This document shows positions 23,201 through 33,824 of a stretch of 64,000 nt of DNA, piece by piece; within the stretch, counting starts at the first letter, position 1, and each line of letters opens with the position of its first letter. The DNA comes from an uncultured Planctomycetota bacterium. GTDB lineage: Bacteria; Planctomycetota; Planctomycetia; Isosphaerales; Isosphaeraceae. The DNA lies in the NCBI GenBank assembly GCA_963823665.1, contig CAWGMQ010000003.1, positions 1,504,001 through 1,568,000 of the forward strand, written 5' to 3'. Position numbers and translations under genes: made by a program. The notes beneath the pieces were generated by a model. The model did no database searches. It was not told the origin of the DNA and was given only the letters and a program-made list of their open reading frames with translations.

Positions 23201-24148
23201 GTGACCGAACGAGCCGCGCCCGTTTCAGTACGCTGGCGGAGATTCCTGCGTGTGAGCGTGCGCGGGATGATCGCGCTGGTGCTTTTGATCGGCGCGGGCC
23301 TCGGCTGGATCATCCGCACCGCGCAGATCCAGCGCGACGCGGTTGCGGCGATTCGACAGGCTGGTGGTCGCGTCGCGTACCAGTTCGATTGGGGCAAGGG
23401 TAAAGTGCGGCTGGGGCGACAACCTCCGGTGCCGCAATGGCTCGCGAATTTCATCGGAGTCGACGTGTTCGATCACGTTGCCACCGTCGCGCTGGCCGAG
23501 TCGCAGCAACCGCACGATGCCGCGATTGCACAGCTTGGACGCTTGACCCGATTGCGCGAACTGATTCTCGATGGCTCGTCCGTCGACGACGACGGGCTCG
23601 AGCAACTCAAAGCGCTCAAGCACCTGGTCGCGCTCGACCTTGGCCAGACCCGAATCACCGATAGGGGCCTTATGCATCTCCAGGGTTTTCGAAATCTCGG
23701 AGCCCTCAACCTCAGTCACACCCAGATCACCGGCCTGGGGCTAGCGCACCTCAAGGGGCTTTCCAAACTTTCCTCCCTCGACCTGACCGGCACCCAAGTC
23801 AGCGACGAGGGGCTCGCACATCTCGAGGGATTGACAAACCTCAATTACCTGGTCCTCGACGAAACCGCGGTTTCCGACGCAGGCCTGGCGCATTTGAAGG
23901 GGCTGACTCACCTCTCCTCCCTCGGTTTGGACGCCACCGTGGTCAGCGATGCGGGGCTCCAGCACTTGTCAGGTCTCAGAGACCTCACCTTCCTTAGCCT
24001 TCAGCTTACGCAGATAACCGACGATGGCGTGCCGCATCTGAAGGCCCTCGGCAAACTCTCCGACGTTCTTCTGGGCAGCACTCACGTCAGCGACGAAGGG
24101 GAAACGGAGCTGAAACGGGCCTTGCCGCGGATCCGAGTCTTTCATTAG
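23201..24148 (+). CDS. Leucine-rich-repeat membrane-anchored protein
   Basis: N-terminal TM, then 24-aa repeats LxxLxLxxTxVSDxGLxHLxGL. Confidence 0.9.
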   Translation: MTERAAPVSVRWRRFLRVSVRGMIALVLLIGAGLGWIIRTAQIQRDAVAAIRQAGGRVAYQFDWGKGKVRLGRQPPVPQWLANFIGVDVFDHVATVALAESQQPHDAAIAQLGRLTRLRELILDGSSVDDDGLEQLKALKHLVALDLGQTRITDRGLMHLQGFRNLGALNLSHTQITGLGLAHLKGLSKLSSLDLTGTQVSDEGLAHLEGLTNLNYLVLDETAVSDAGLAHLKGLTHLSSLGLDATVVSDAGLQHLSGLRDLTFLSLQLTQITDDGVPHLKALGKLSDVLLGSTHVSDEGETELKRALPRIRVFH

Positions 24149-24299
24149 CGGCATCCCAACCACCAGCGTGTCATCATTTCGAGACTGCGATGCACCTGCC
24201 GAGCCGCGTGTTCGGTGGCCTATCAATAAGATCGGATCGCCCGGGAATTGTTCAACACTGTTAAGCACACTTTGAATCCTATGGTGCCATAAGCCCTCG

Positions 24300-24584
24300 A
24301 TGACAAGAGTATTGATCTACTGCGAGCTCGTCTGCCTCATTTTCCTGTGCGCCGCGTCCCTGACCGACGCGCGAATCGCAACCCTGCCCGTATATCTCAG
24401 CCCGGCGCTTGCCGTGGGTTTTTTCTACTGCAACCTCGCGATTTCCGGATTAATCCTCTGGTCGAATTCTCCGTTCTGCGCAGACCGGATCCGTCGACGT
24501 GGGCACGAGCGGCTCTGGAGCGTGCTGGCCGCGTGGATCCTAGGCGCGGCCACGATCTTCGCAATGCTGCCGTCCGATTCTTGA
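24300..24584 (+). CDS. Small hypothetical membrane protein
   Basis: Three hydrophobic segments in 94 aa. Confidence 0.45.
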   Translation: MTRVLIYCELVCLIFLCAASLTDARIATLPVYLSPALAVGFFYCNLAISGLILWSNSPFCADRIRRRGHERLWSVLAAWILGAATIFAMLPSDS

Positions 24585-24711
24585 TTGTGTCTTCCGCGCC
24601 TTGTGCAGCCACCGCTTTTGACTCGGCCCTCTATGTCCGCTGCGTTCGTTTCCTTTTGCGCACCGCACGTTGGCCGTCACATCGAGCGCGTCCCTATTGG
24701 CGCCTTTGCGA

Positions 24712-24838
24712 ATTTGCGTGAGCCCGTCTTGTCCCGTTCGTTCAATCCGCCCTTCTCCACGAACTCACCCATTTGCGTGAGCCCCTATTTGCCCTTCAAT
24801 TAAATCCAGCTCTCTCCACGATTTCGCCAATTTGCGTG
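24712..24838. repeat. Degenerate 59-bp tandem repeat (two units plus the start of a third)
   Basis: ATTTGCGTG at 24712, 24771 and 24830; TCTCCACGA at 24754 and 24813. Confidence 0.7.
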
Positions 24839-25056
24839 CCATCCTCCGGGGTGGCCTTGCGCCCGCGGCTGTGTGATCTTCGATTCCACGAGCCTGATGA
24901 AGTTCTCGATGTGCTACGCAACCTTAGAGGAAAGCGCACCGGACCATCGAGCCTGCCGTGGCCACACGGTACGGCTAGTACACGCATGCATCATGGCGCA
25001 ATTGTCGACAGATCGTTAGATTGAGGATAGAATCCCTGGTTACGGAGATGCACGCG

Positions 25057-25308
25057 ATGATCACACATTTACCAGCCGACCTCGAACAATTCGTCCAGGC
25101 CAAAGTGCGAAGCGGCCGCTTTACTTCGTCCGACGAGGCCATAACCGAGGCAGTGCGGCTACTCCGGCAACGCGAGGAAGCCGAGGAAGCCCGCGTGCTC
25201 GATGGCATTCGCCAGGGACTGGCGGACATGAGGGCCGGGCGCGGACGCCCCGCCGAGGAAGTGTTTGACGAAATCCGGCGAGACTTCAACCTTCCGCCGG
25301 AAACATGA
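25057..25308 (+). CDS. parD: ParD-like ribbon-helix-helix antitoxin
   Basis: LPADLEQFVQAKVRSGRFTSSDEAITEAVRLL...IRQGLADMRAGR. Confidence 0.85.
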   Translation: MITHLPADLEQFVQAKVRSGRFTSSDEAITEAVRLLRQREEAEEARVLDGIRQGLADMRAGRGRPAEEVFDEIRRDFNLPPET

Positions 25309-25331
25309 CGTATCGCGTCTCTGAATCCCCC

Positions 25332-26987
25332 ATGAACGCACAAACGGACGTGATCGTCGTCGGCGCTGGCCTCGCCGGCCTGGTTGCCGCGACCGAGATT
25401 GCCGATGACGGCAAGCGAGTGGTCGTCGTCGAACAGGAGGCCGAGCAGAACCTGGGCGGCCAAGCGTTCTGGTCGCTCGGCGGCCTGTTCATGGTCGATA
25501 CGCCCGAGCAGCGCCGGTTCCGGATCAAAGATTCCTACGACCTCGCACTCTCCGATTGGATCGGCACCGCCGGTTTCGATCGCCCCGAAGATTTCTGGCC
25601 GCGGAAGTGGGCCGAGGCCTACGTGGCTTTCGCGACAGGTGAAATGCGCCCCTGGCTGAAGCAGCAGGGAATGAGCTGGTTTCCCGTCGTCGGGTGGGCC
25701 GAGCGCGGCGGCTACGGCGGTTTTGGTCACGGCAACTCCGTGCCGCGGTTTCACATCACCTGGGGATCAGGTCCGGGCGTGGTCGCGCCGTTCCTGCGGC
25801 GAGCCCGCGACGCCGAAAACGCCGGCCGACTCCGGTTCCAATTTCGCCACCGAGTCGATGGGTTGATCGTGACTAATGGCACGGTCGAAGGCATTCACGG
25901 TGCGGTGCTCGAGCCGACGAGCCTCGAGCGCGGCGTGAAAAGCTCGAGAGCGCAAATCGGCGAGTTCACGCTGCGCGCACAAGCCGTGATCATCGCCTCC
26001 GGCGGCATCGGCGGCGACATCGATCTCGTGCGCAAACACTGGCCCGACCGGCTCGGCACGCCTCCAAAATTCATGGTGCAAGGTGTGCCCGACTACGTGG
26101 ACGGCCGCATGCTCACGATCTCCGAAGCCGCCGGGGCCCGCGTGATCAACGGCGACCGCATGTGGCACTACACCGAGGGCCTGCGGAACTGGAACCCGGT
26201 CTGGACGAATCACGGCATCCGCATCCTGCCCGGCCCGTCGTCACTCTGGCTCGACGCAACCGGCAAGCGCCTGCCGCCACCGCTTTACCCGGGCTTCGAT
26301 AACCTGGGAACGCTCGAACACATCATGAAGACCGGACATGACTATTCCTGGTTCGTTCTCAATCAGCGAATCATCCAGAAGGAGTTTGCCCTCTCCGGCT
26401 CCGAGCAGAACCCCGATTTTGTCAACAAGGACTGGCGGGCAGTCGTCGCCCGGGGTCGAGCCAAACGCGCGACAACGCCGGTCGAAGCGTTCAAACAACA
26501 TGGCGCTGATTTCATCGTCGCCGGCAACCTCGACGAGCTGGTGCGACGCATGAACGAGCTGACCGGCAACGACCTGATCGATTGCGCCACAGTGGAACGC
26601 GAGATCAAAGGTCGCGACGCACAACTCGCGAATCCCTTCGGCAAGGACCTGCAAATCGCCGCAATTCGCCAGGCGCGTAATTACCTGGGCGACAAGCTGA
26701 TCCGGACCACAAAGCCGCACCGGATCCTCGATCCGGAAGCCGGCCCGCTCATCGCCGTCAGGCTCAATATCCTGACTCGCAAGACCCTCGGCGGATTGGA
26801 AACCGACCTTTCGGGCCGAGTGTTCGCATCCGACGGAGAAGTTTTCCCCGGCTTGTATGCCGCCGGCGAAGCATCGGGCTTCGGCGGCGGCGGCGTGCAC
26901 GGCTATCGAGCACTCGAGGGAACGTTCCTGGGCGGCTGCATCTTCTCCGGGCGGGCCGCCGGCCGCGCGGCGGCGGCAATCGCCTGA
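25332..26987 (+). CDS. FAD-binding dehydrogenase (KsdD-like family)
   Basis: DVIVVGAGLAGL, LGGQAFWSLGGLF, HGNSVPRFHITWG, HGYRALEGTFLGGC. Confidence 0.92.
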   Translation: MNAQTDVIVVGAGLAGLVAATEIADDGKRVVVVEQEAEQNLGGQAFWSLGGLFMVDTPEQRRFRIKDSYDLALSDWIGTAGFDRPEDFWPRKWAEAYVAFATGEMRPWLKQQGMSWFPVVGWAERGGYGGFGHGNSVPRFHITWGSGPGVVAPFLRRARDAENAGRLRFQFRHRVDGLIVTNGTVEGIHGAVLEPTSLERGVKSSRAQIGEFTLRAQAVIIASGGIGGDIDLVRKHWPDRLGTPPKFMVQGVPDYVDGRMLTISEAAGARVINGDRMWHYTEGLRNWNPVWTNHGIRILPGPSSLWLDATGKRLPPPLYPGFDNLGTLEHIMKTGHDYSWFVLNQRIIQKEFALSGSEQNPDFVNKDWRAVVARGRAKRATTPVEAFKQHGADFIVAGNLDELVRRMNELTGNDLIDCATVEREIKGRDAQLANPFGKDLQIAAIRQARNYLGDKLIRTTKPHRILDPEAGPLIAVRLNILTRKTLGGLETDLSGRVFASDGEVFPGLYAAGEASGFGGGGVHGYRALEGTFLGGCIFSGRAAGRAAAAIA

Positions 26988-26988
26988 C

Positions 26989-27701
26989 TTAGCTGTCCAC
27001 CCGTTCGACCAAGCCGCGACGCCGCAGCCTGCGTGCGGCCAGCCCGCATGAAAGTGACCAGGCCAGCCCCGCGAACCATCCCGCAAGTACATCCGTCGGA
27101 TAGTGCACCCCCATGAAGACTCGACTCACGCCGACCAGGAACGTCAAAATCACAGCCACGCAGAAGAAGTAGAGTTTCAGCCGCAGCTCCCGGGAGAGGC
27201 CGGCGAGCATCGAGCCCAGCGTCAGGTACACCACGGCCGAGTTCAGAGAATGGCCGCTGGGAAAGCTAGATGTCATTGCCAGCGACAGATGGGGGACAAC
27301 CTGCGGCCTCGGTCGCTCGAAACGTTCCTTGAGCAAGGCGCTCAAGAGCAGGCCGCCCAAGGTGGCAGCTAGCAACAGAGCGAGCGCTCCGTGCTTTCGG
27401 CTGATCAGCAAGTAGCCGCTCACGGCTGCGGTCACAAGCGAGAGGGCAGCAATTCCCCCGATCGCAGTCAGATCGCGCGCAACCTCTTCCAACCACGATG
27501 GCCCCAAGGTCTTTGCTAAATTGCTCGGATCGCGCGCGCGCGGAGCAACTTTTCGTCGATGTTCCGCGTGGCACCCGATTTCACTCCAATTGCAACCGCG
27601 ATGAACCCGCACACGCACAGCATGATGGCAAGTACGATCAGGAGCTCTGCCACTTCGGCAGGCTTCAGCCGGCCAACCATTTTGCGCAGCGACATGGTCA
27701 T
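26989..27701 (-). CDS. PAP2-family phosphatase (frameshift near 27535)
   Basis: KxxxxRPRP, SFPSGHS and SRVFMGVHYPTDV motifs; the N-terminus is in the frame of ORF 27516..27899. Confidence 0.9.
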
Positions 27702-27777
27702 GATTCGCAGCGTCCCGTTGTTTCGCACCGCCACAAGGGTTCTAATAGTTTGTACATTCACCCCGGAGAAATAAACC

Positions 27778-28021
27778 GTGCACATTGTCTGGTTTCTCTT
27801 GATCGGTCTCGTGGCTGGCTGGCTGGCCGGCTTGCTGGTGAAGGGACGCGGCTTCGGCTGGCTCGCGAACATGATCGTCGGCGTGATCGGCGCGCTCATT
27901 GGCGGGTTCGTCTTTGGTCAGATTGGTGTGAGCACCGGCGGCACATTGGGCGAGCTCTTCGAGCGCAACCGTGGGGGCCGTCATTCTGCTGTTCCTGCTG
28001 AAAGTCCTCAAAAAAGCGTAA
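27778..28021 (+). CDS. GlsB/YeaQ/YmgE-family small membrane protein (frameshift near 27958)
   Basis: LIGLVAGWLAG...NMIVGVIGALIGG; the shifted frame gives ATVGAVILLFLLKVLKKA*. Confidence 0.85.
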
Positions 28022-28089
28022 GAACAAGGCGTGGTCTCCGTCGTCCCTGCCCATATTCCAGCACGGTCACTCGACCAAGGAATCACACG

Positions 28090-29229
28090 ATGCGAAGCTC
28101 TACCGCGGCGGCATTGGCAATCGCGATCGCCGCACTTCTGCCCGGATCAGCCCGCGCCCAGTACGGGTATCCGGGAGGCTACGGCGGTTACGGCTGGGGA
28201 GGCTGGGGCTCGACCATTCAGGGGAGCACCGCGGCGGGCCTGGGCTATTTCAACATGGGCCGCGGGGCATACAACGAACAGACCGCAGTCGCCCGCTCGA
28301 TCAATAACGACACCTATCTGCGATGGAATCAGTACATGTATTTATCGCAGCAGCATGCGAATACGATGTACCAGAAGCGATTGCGGGCCGAGCACATGCG
28401 GGTCGATCGGGCAAACGCCGCGATCGAAGACCGGCTCAGAAGCCACCCTGAGGAACGCGACATCACCGACGGCGACGCCTTGGAAGTGCTGGTTGACGCG
28501 CTCTTGAACCCCTCGGCCGCGGTGTCGCTCTCGACAATCAAGACACCGCTCAAATCCGAGCTGATCCAGGAAATCCCGTTTCGCGTCGCCTCCGAAGGCG
28601 TGACCATCTGCATCGACCAGATGACGATGAACGAGCAGTGGCCGCTCGCGCTCCGGGTCGACGCGTTCAAGCCCGAACGCGAGGGGCTGCGCAAGGCCGT
28701 GACCCTGGCGCTCGAAGAAGACAAGAAGGGGGATCTCGAGCCCAAGACCGTCGAAAATGTGCAGGCCGCGATTGACCGGCTTCGCAACAAGTTCAACGAG
28801 CTGGTGCCGCCGACCAGTCCCGACTATATCCCGGCGCATGACACCATCAAGGCGATGTCCGGTCTGGCCAGGATGCTCTACAGTCCGAAGATCGAGGAGA
28901 TCCTGGCCGAGCTGGAAGACTACGGCGGAACGACGCTGGGCGAGCTGCTGGCCTTCATGCAGGCTTATAATCTACGATTCGCCAAGGCCAACTCATTTCG
29001 GCAGCGGCGAATCTACATGAAGCTGTATCCCATGCTCCTCGAGCAGGTGAACGGTCGCATCGGGCCGGTTGCTCCCAGCGGAGGGAACGAAGTCGCCGCC
29101 AACGCGCCGGCCGGCAGCGCCGGATCGAAGGCGGTCGAAGGCCTCAAGTCCGCAGCGGTCGATTTCTTCAGGGATATGGACTGGAAGCACTTGAGCGGCA
29201 CCAGCAAGGCGACGGCCGGGGCGCGCTAG
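28090..29229 (+). CDS. Secreted hypothetical protein with a Gly/Tyr-rich N-terminus
   Basis: Signal peptide ending ARA-Q, then YGYPGGYGGYGWGGWG and a helical body. Confidence 0.75.
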   Translation: MRSSTAAALAIAIAALLPGSARAQYGYPGGYGGYGWGGWGSTIQGSTAAGLGYFNMGRGAYNEQTAVARSINNDTYLRWNQYMYLSQQHANTMYQKRLRAEHMRVDRANAAIEDRLRSHPEERDITDGDALEVLVDALLNPSAAVSLSTIKTPLKSELIQEIPFRVASEGVTICIDQMTMNEQWPLALRVDAFKPEREGLRKAVTLALEEDKKGDLEPKTVENVQAAIDRLRNKFNELVPPTSPDYIPAHDTIKAMSGLARMLYSPKIEEILAELEDYGGTTLGELLAFMQAYNLRFAKANSFRQRRIYMKLYPMLLEQVNGRIGPVAPSGGNEVAANAPAGSAGSKAVEGLKSAAVDFFRDMDWKHLSGTSKATAGAR

Positions 29230-29239
29230 AGGTTTTCCC

Positions 29240-31078
29240 ATGTCGTACGCCCCACTGATCCAACCCGCTGACATAGCCAGCCGGGCGAATCCGTTCGCCC
29301 GCTCGCCGGCGATCAACAGCTTGTTCAATCGCTGCTACGGGTCCGACATCCTCCCTAGCCGCGCCCAGTTTCCGCGCAGCTTCGAGCACGAAGACGTCTT
29401 CGCGAATCTCTATCTTTCCGAGCGGCAGTGGGTCGACGAGGTCGATTTTCCGCCCGAGGACGCACCCGACCGGCACGAGCAATATCTCGACGAGCTGTTC
29501 TGGAGCAAGGAGGTCGCACACGGGCTCATCTGCGTGCTGGGGGCCGTCGGCTCGGGGAAATCAACCCTCGTCGACTATTACCTGCGGTGCTACTGCGGCA
29601 CCAAGGGCCGCAATCGGGCCGAGTTCGACAAGAAGCTGATCGTTCATTTTGATTCCAAGGTGATTCAGGACAACACCGACTTCTATCACGATTTTTTCCT
29701 GTTTGCCCAGTCATCGATTCGCTATCAGTGCAGCCAGAAGGGCTTTGAGATCGACTTGGCGATCAAGCGCCGGCCCACGCAGCCCAACAACGTGCGCGAA
29801 TGGGTGTGGGGTGCCCTCGAAGAGCTCACGCGCATCGCCGACAAGCGCGACCCGGCTGCCCCTTTCCATCACATCGTTCTGGTGGTCGATAACCTCGATC
29901 AAACTCCGCCGGCCGTGCAGATTCGCGCGATCACCGAGGTCGAGCAGTGGCTGCTCACGCCGTCGATCAAGCTGTGGCGCGTGTTCTTGCCACTCTGGCC
30001 GAGCACGTATAACTCGCTGCGGAACCACCGGTTCAACCTCTTGCGGGGGGCGAGCGTGTTCCGCATCGGCGCGATCAACCACGAATTCCTCCTGGAGAAC
30101 TACGATCGGGCGGCGATGCAGCGCTTGAGCGCATCGAGCTCGTCGCTGGAGCGGCAGGCAGCGCAATACTTGAGCGAGATCACCGCGCTCGCGAAGGATC
30201 GTATCCTGCCGCGCATCGAGCGGCTGGCTCACGGCAGCCTTCGGCTCACGCTAGCACTCTGGGACGGCTTCCTGCGTAGCGAGGGCGCTTACAGCATCTG
30301 GCGGCACGCCCAGGCCGCGCCGGGCTCGCGGCGCGGCTATGACTACGAGCTGCTCGATGCCTTGATTGTCGGCGCCTTCACGTCGCTCAACCACGGTTTT
30401 CATCGGGTGGCCAATCTCTTCGCGATGGGCCACGCCCACGCCAAGCCAAGAGACATCCTGATCGGCCCGCACGCTCTGAAGCTGATGCATCAAGGAGTGC
30501 GCTCGCACCGGGCGCTGGCCGACTCGCTTGATACACTCGGCTATTCGGAGCAGAACGTCGAGCATGTCGTCGCCGGGCTGGGAACGTTCAACGTGCTGCA
30601 CCAGGTGCCGAGCCGGGGCGGGCTGATCGAGTATGAGCTGCACGACGCGGTCATCTCTGAATACCTCGAGCTCCTTTCCGAGCCGGCGTACCTGGACGAC
30701 GTGGCGATCGTGACTCCCGTCGACCGCAGCGCGCGCGAATCGATGTATCGCACTCGCGGCGACCGCCCCGAAGACTTCCCGGCCCGCGTGGAAAGCTCGA
30801 TCAGCTTTCTGAGGTTTCTGCGAGAGAATGAAGATCGCTTCCGAGACCCGAGCCAGCTCCGGCCCGGAGTCGATCACGACGCCTTCCGCGAGGCGCTGAC
30901 CAAGAACCCCCTGCCCTGCCTGTGGCGCAGGATGGCCGTTGAATACAAGCAACGACTGATCGGGCTGCGGAATAGCGGATACTTGAAGACGGTGGACGCT
31001 ACGTGGTGGAACAAGCCGCTGGCCGACCCGGTCCTGGCCGGGGCCGAGGATGCGCCGGATGTGCTGGCTCCGCTGTGA
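29240..31078 (+). CDS. P-loop NTPase, STAND/AAA-like, function unknown
   Basis: Walker A GAVGSGKST, Walker B IVLVVDNLDQ, helical and wHTH-like C-terminal half. Confidence 0.75.
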   Translation: MSYAPLIQPADIASRANPFARSPAINSLFNRCYGSDILPSRAQFPRSFEHEDVFANLYLSERQWVDEVDFPPEDAPDRHEQYLDELFWSKEVAHGLICVLGAVGSGKSTLVDYYLRCYCGTKGRNRAEFDKKLIVHFDSKVIQDNTDFYHDFFLFAQSSIRYQCSQKGFEIDLAIKRRPTQPNNVREWVWGALEELTRIADKRDPAAPFHHIVLVVDNLDQTPPAVQIRAITEVEQWLLTPSIKLWRVFLPLWPSTYNSLRNHRFNLLRGASVFRIGAINHEFLLENYDRAAMQRLSASSSSLERQAAQYLSEITALAKDRILPRIERLAHGSLRLTLALWDGFLRSEGAYSIWRHAQAAPGSRRGYDYELLDALIVGAFTSLNHGFHRVANLFAMGHAHAKPRDILIGPHALKLMHQGVRSHRALADSLDTLGYSEQNVEHVVAGLGTFNVLHQVPSRGGLIEYELHDAVISEYLELLSEPAYLDDVAIVTPVDRSARESMYRTRGDRPEDFPARVESSISFLRFLRENEDRFRDPSQLRPGVDHDAFREALTKNPLPCLWRRMAVEYKQRLIGLRNSGYLKTVDATWWNKPLADPVLAGAEDAPDVLAPL

Positions 31079-31131
31079 GAGCGTGTTGCGATGGACACAA
31101 AAGGGCCGCGCCTGGCGCGGGGTACTTTCCG

Positions 31132-33074
31132 ATGACAGACGTCTTGCGCCAGGCCTTACGATCCCATTTCGGCTTCGACCGATTCCTTCCCGGCCAGGAG
31201 GAGGTCATCGGTCATTTGCTTGCGGGAAAATCGGCCGCAGCGGTCTTTCCCACCGGGGGCGGCAAGTCGCTCTGCTATCAGTTGCCGGCCCTCCTGTTGC
31301 CCGGCATGACTTTGGTCGTCTCTCCGTTGATCGCCTTGATGAAGGATCAGATCGACGGCCTGTTGCGTCGTGGTATTGCCGCAGCCAGGCTCGATTCGAC
31401 GCTCTCCGCCGACGAGTACGCCGAGACAATGCGACAGGCGCGGAATGGATCGCTGCGATTGCTTTACGTCGCCCCGGAACGGTTTCAAAATGAGCGATTT
31501 CGCGAGGCCATCGGCAGGATCCGCGTGGCACTCTTTGCGATTGACGAGGCGCATTGTATTTCGGAGTGGGGGCATAACTTCCGGCCCGACTATCTCAAGC
31601 TGGTTGAGTTCGCCCGCCAATGCCGCGCCGAGCGTCTCCTGGCGCTGACCGCGACGGCCACACCGCACGTGCTCGAAGACGTGTGCCGTGCCTTCAATAT
31701 CGAGCCGGAGTGCGCAATTCGCAACAGTTGCTATCGTCCCAACCTCACCGTGCTGACGATGGCAGTCAGCGGTGCGGAACACGAGCCGCGGTTGTTAGAG
31801 CGGCTGCGCGAGCGGCCCGCTGGTCCAACGATCATTTATGTGACCTTGCAACGCTCGGCGGAAGAGCTCGCCGCGCGGCTAAGAGAAGAAGGGTTCCCCG
31901 CCCGTGCGTATCACGCCGGACTGGAAAGCGACGTGCGCGGGGAGGTACAGGATTGGTTCATGAATTCGACGGGCGGGATCGTCGTCGCAACGATCGCCTT
32001 CGGCATGGGGATCGATAAGGCCGACATTCGTTACGTTTACCATTACAATCCGCCGAAGAGCCTGGAGAACTACTCGCAAGAAATCGGTCGCGCGGGCGCG
32101 ACGGGCGACCCGCTGTCTGCGAAATGCTGCTCTGCCGTGACGATCTGAGCCCGCTCGAGAATTTCGCGTTTGGAGATACGCCGTCGCGGGCCGCCGTCGA
32201 TCGCCTTGTCAAAGAGGTCTTTGACCACGGGCCAGAATTCGACGTGAGCTTTTACGAGCTGTCGGGCCTGTGCGACATTCGCCCGCTCGTCGTCCGGACG
32301 CTGCTGACCTATCTCGAACTCGAAGGCTTCCTCGCGGGAGGGACTCCTTTTTTTGCGAGCTATCGCTTTCAACCCTTGCGATCTTCGGCTAAGATTCTCG
32401 CCGAATTCGAAGGCGAGCGCCAGGAGTTCTTGCGGCGGATCTTCCAGCGTGCGCGGAAGGGCCGCACCTGGTTTCAAATCGACTTGAACGACGTTGCTCA
32501 GGCGCTCGACGCTCCTCGCGATCGAGTGGTGCGCGCTCTCGACTATCTGGGCGAGCGCGGCTGGCTCAAGGTCGACGTCAGTGGAACTCGCCATCGCTAT
32601 CGGAGACTTCGCCTTCCGTCTGACTTCGCGGCGCTGGCGGAGTCGCTCTATGCCCGGTGCATGGCCCGGCAACGGCAGGAAATCGCGCGCCTTCGCCAGG
32701 TGGTCGAGCTGGCCGAGCATCCAGCCTGCCAGGTCGCCATGCTTTGCCAGTACTTTGGCGAAATGCAGGTCAAACCGTGCGGGCACTGCACGCGATGCCT
32801 CGGCCACGATCGCGAAGAGAGGCCACGTGACCGCATCGCGCCCCCGCTGGACGAAGCGATCCTCGCCGCGGCCCTGGCCGTGCAGCGCGCGAATCTCCCG
32901 GTTCTGGCTGACCCGGTTGTCATGGCCCGCTGGCTCTGCGGCATTGCGTCGCCGGCCTTGACAAAGTCCAAGCTGTCGTCACACCCGCTCTTCGGCGCGC
33001 TCGGGCAGCAGCCATTTCTGCAATTGCGAGAGCGGCTCGAATGCGAAGCGAAAAAGCCCGAGCGGCAGCGGTGA
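31132..33074 (+). CDS. recQ: RecQ-family ATP-dependent DNA helicase (frameshift near 32100)
   Basis: PTGGGKSLCYQLP, DEAHCISEWGHNFRP, ATIAFGMGIDK, QEIGRAG; Zn motif C...CGHCTRC in ORF 32124..33074. Confidence 0.93.
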
Positions 33075-33136
33075 AAACGCCCGCGAGCCTCTCGAACCGC
33101 GTTCGCTCTTGGGCCGCACTTATGGGGAGATGACCG

Positions 33137-33687
33137 ATGAAACCTGCGATTTGCCTGGCCGGCGTGATCATTGCGACCATCCTAGCCCCCAAGAAACGCC
33201 CCGGAACGACGAGATCCTGGCGATCCAGCCAGCCCCCATCCGCAAAGCCTGTCAGGATACTTGCCCGGACTCGTTTTATCGCATCCTCCGCATCGTCGAG
33301 CACCAGAAGCAAAAGCCGTTCACTTATACAGTTACATTTATGAATATCGGCCCGGGGACGGCAATGCGGAAAGTTGGTGACGACTGGATCGCCGAGCTGC
33401 CGCAGTACCAGCTCGAGCTCGACGCAAACGGTCAAATCATCGAGGAGCAGACGCACGACATTTCGGAAGCGGCCGTGCCGAAAGCGGTCGTCGCCGGTTA
33501 CAACAAATGGAACTCAAATGAAGTGCAAGGTATGTGGATGCCCTGGGGCGTCGGACAGGCGAGGAACGAGAAACGAGTTTTCTTGAGGAGGATCGTCCTC
33601 AACCAAGTGAAAGAGTTTCACGCGGCCTTCCGCGAGGATGGGAGCCTCATCAAGGAGAATTCGTCTCCAACGCCGACCCAGAAATAG
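33137..33687 (+). CDS. Secreted hypothetical protein, PepSY-like (frameshift near 33190)
   Basis: Signal peptide MKPAICLAGVIIATILAP joins frame QETPRNDE...; ELDANGQIIE..ISEAAVPKAV pattern. Confidence 0.5.
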
Positions 33688-33717
33688 CCGGGGGCCTGAA
33701 CGAACTTGATCGATTCT

Positions 33718-33824
33718 GTAGGGTCCGTCATTGCGGACCGTCCGGGGTGTTGGAGTATCGATCGCACAACACCCGTCAGGCTTTAGCCTGACCTACTCAA
33801 TCGTCAGGCTGAAGCCTGACCTAC
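33718..33824. repeat. Cluster of GTAG-type REP palindromes
   Basis: GTAG-GGTCCG-tcattg-CGGACC (33718-33739) and two copies of GTCAGGCT-nn-AGCCTGAC-CTAC (33775-33796, 33803-33824) between convergent genes. Confidence 0.75.

Noticed and set aside
23201..24148. 72-bp periodicity in the LRR genes as a DNA repeat element
   Set aside because: Fully explained by the 24-aa leucine-rich protein repeats.
24712..24838. CRISPR array
   Set aside because: The inter-repeat segments resemble each other, the repeats are short and degenerate, and there are no cas genes.
27778..29229. Apparent 483-aa fusion of a GlsB-family protein with a secreted protein
   Set aside because: A single indel near 27958 explains it; the GlsB C-terminus and stop are in another frame, and the second gene has its own signal peptide.
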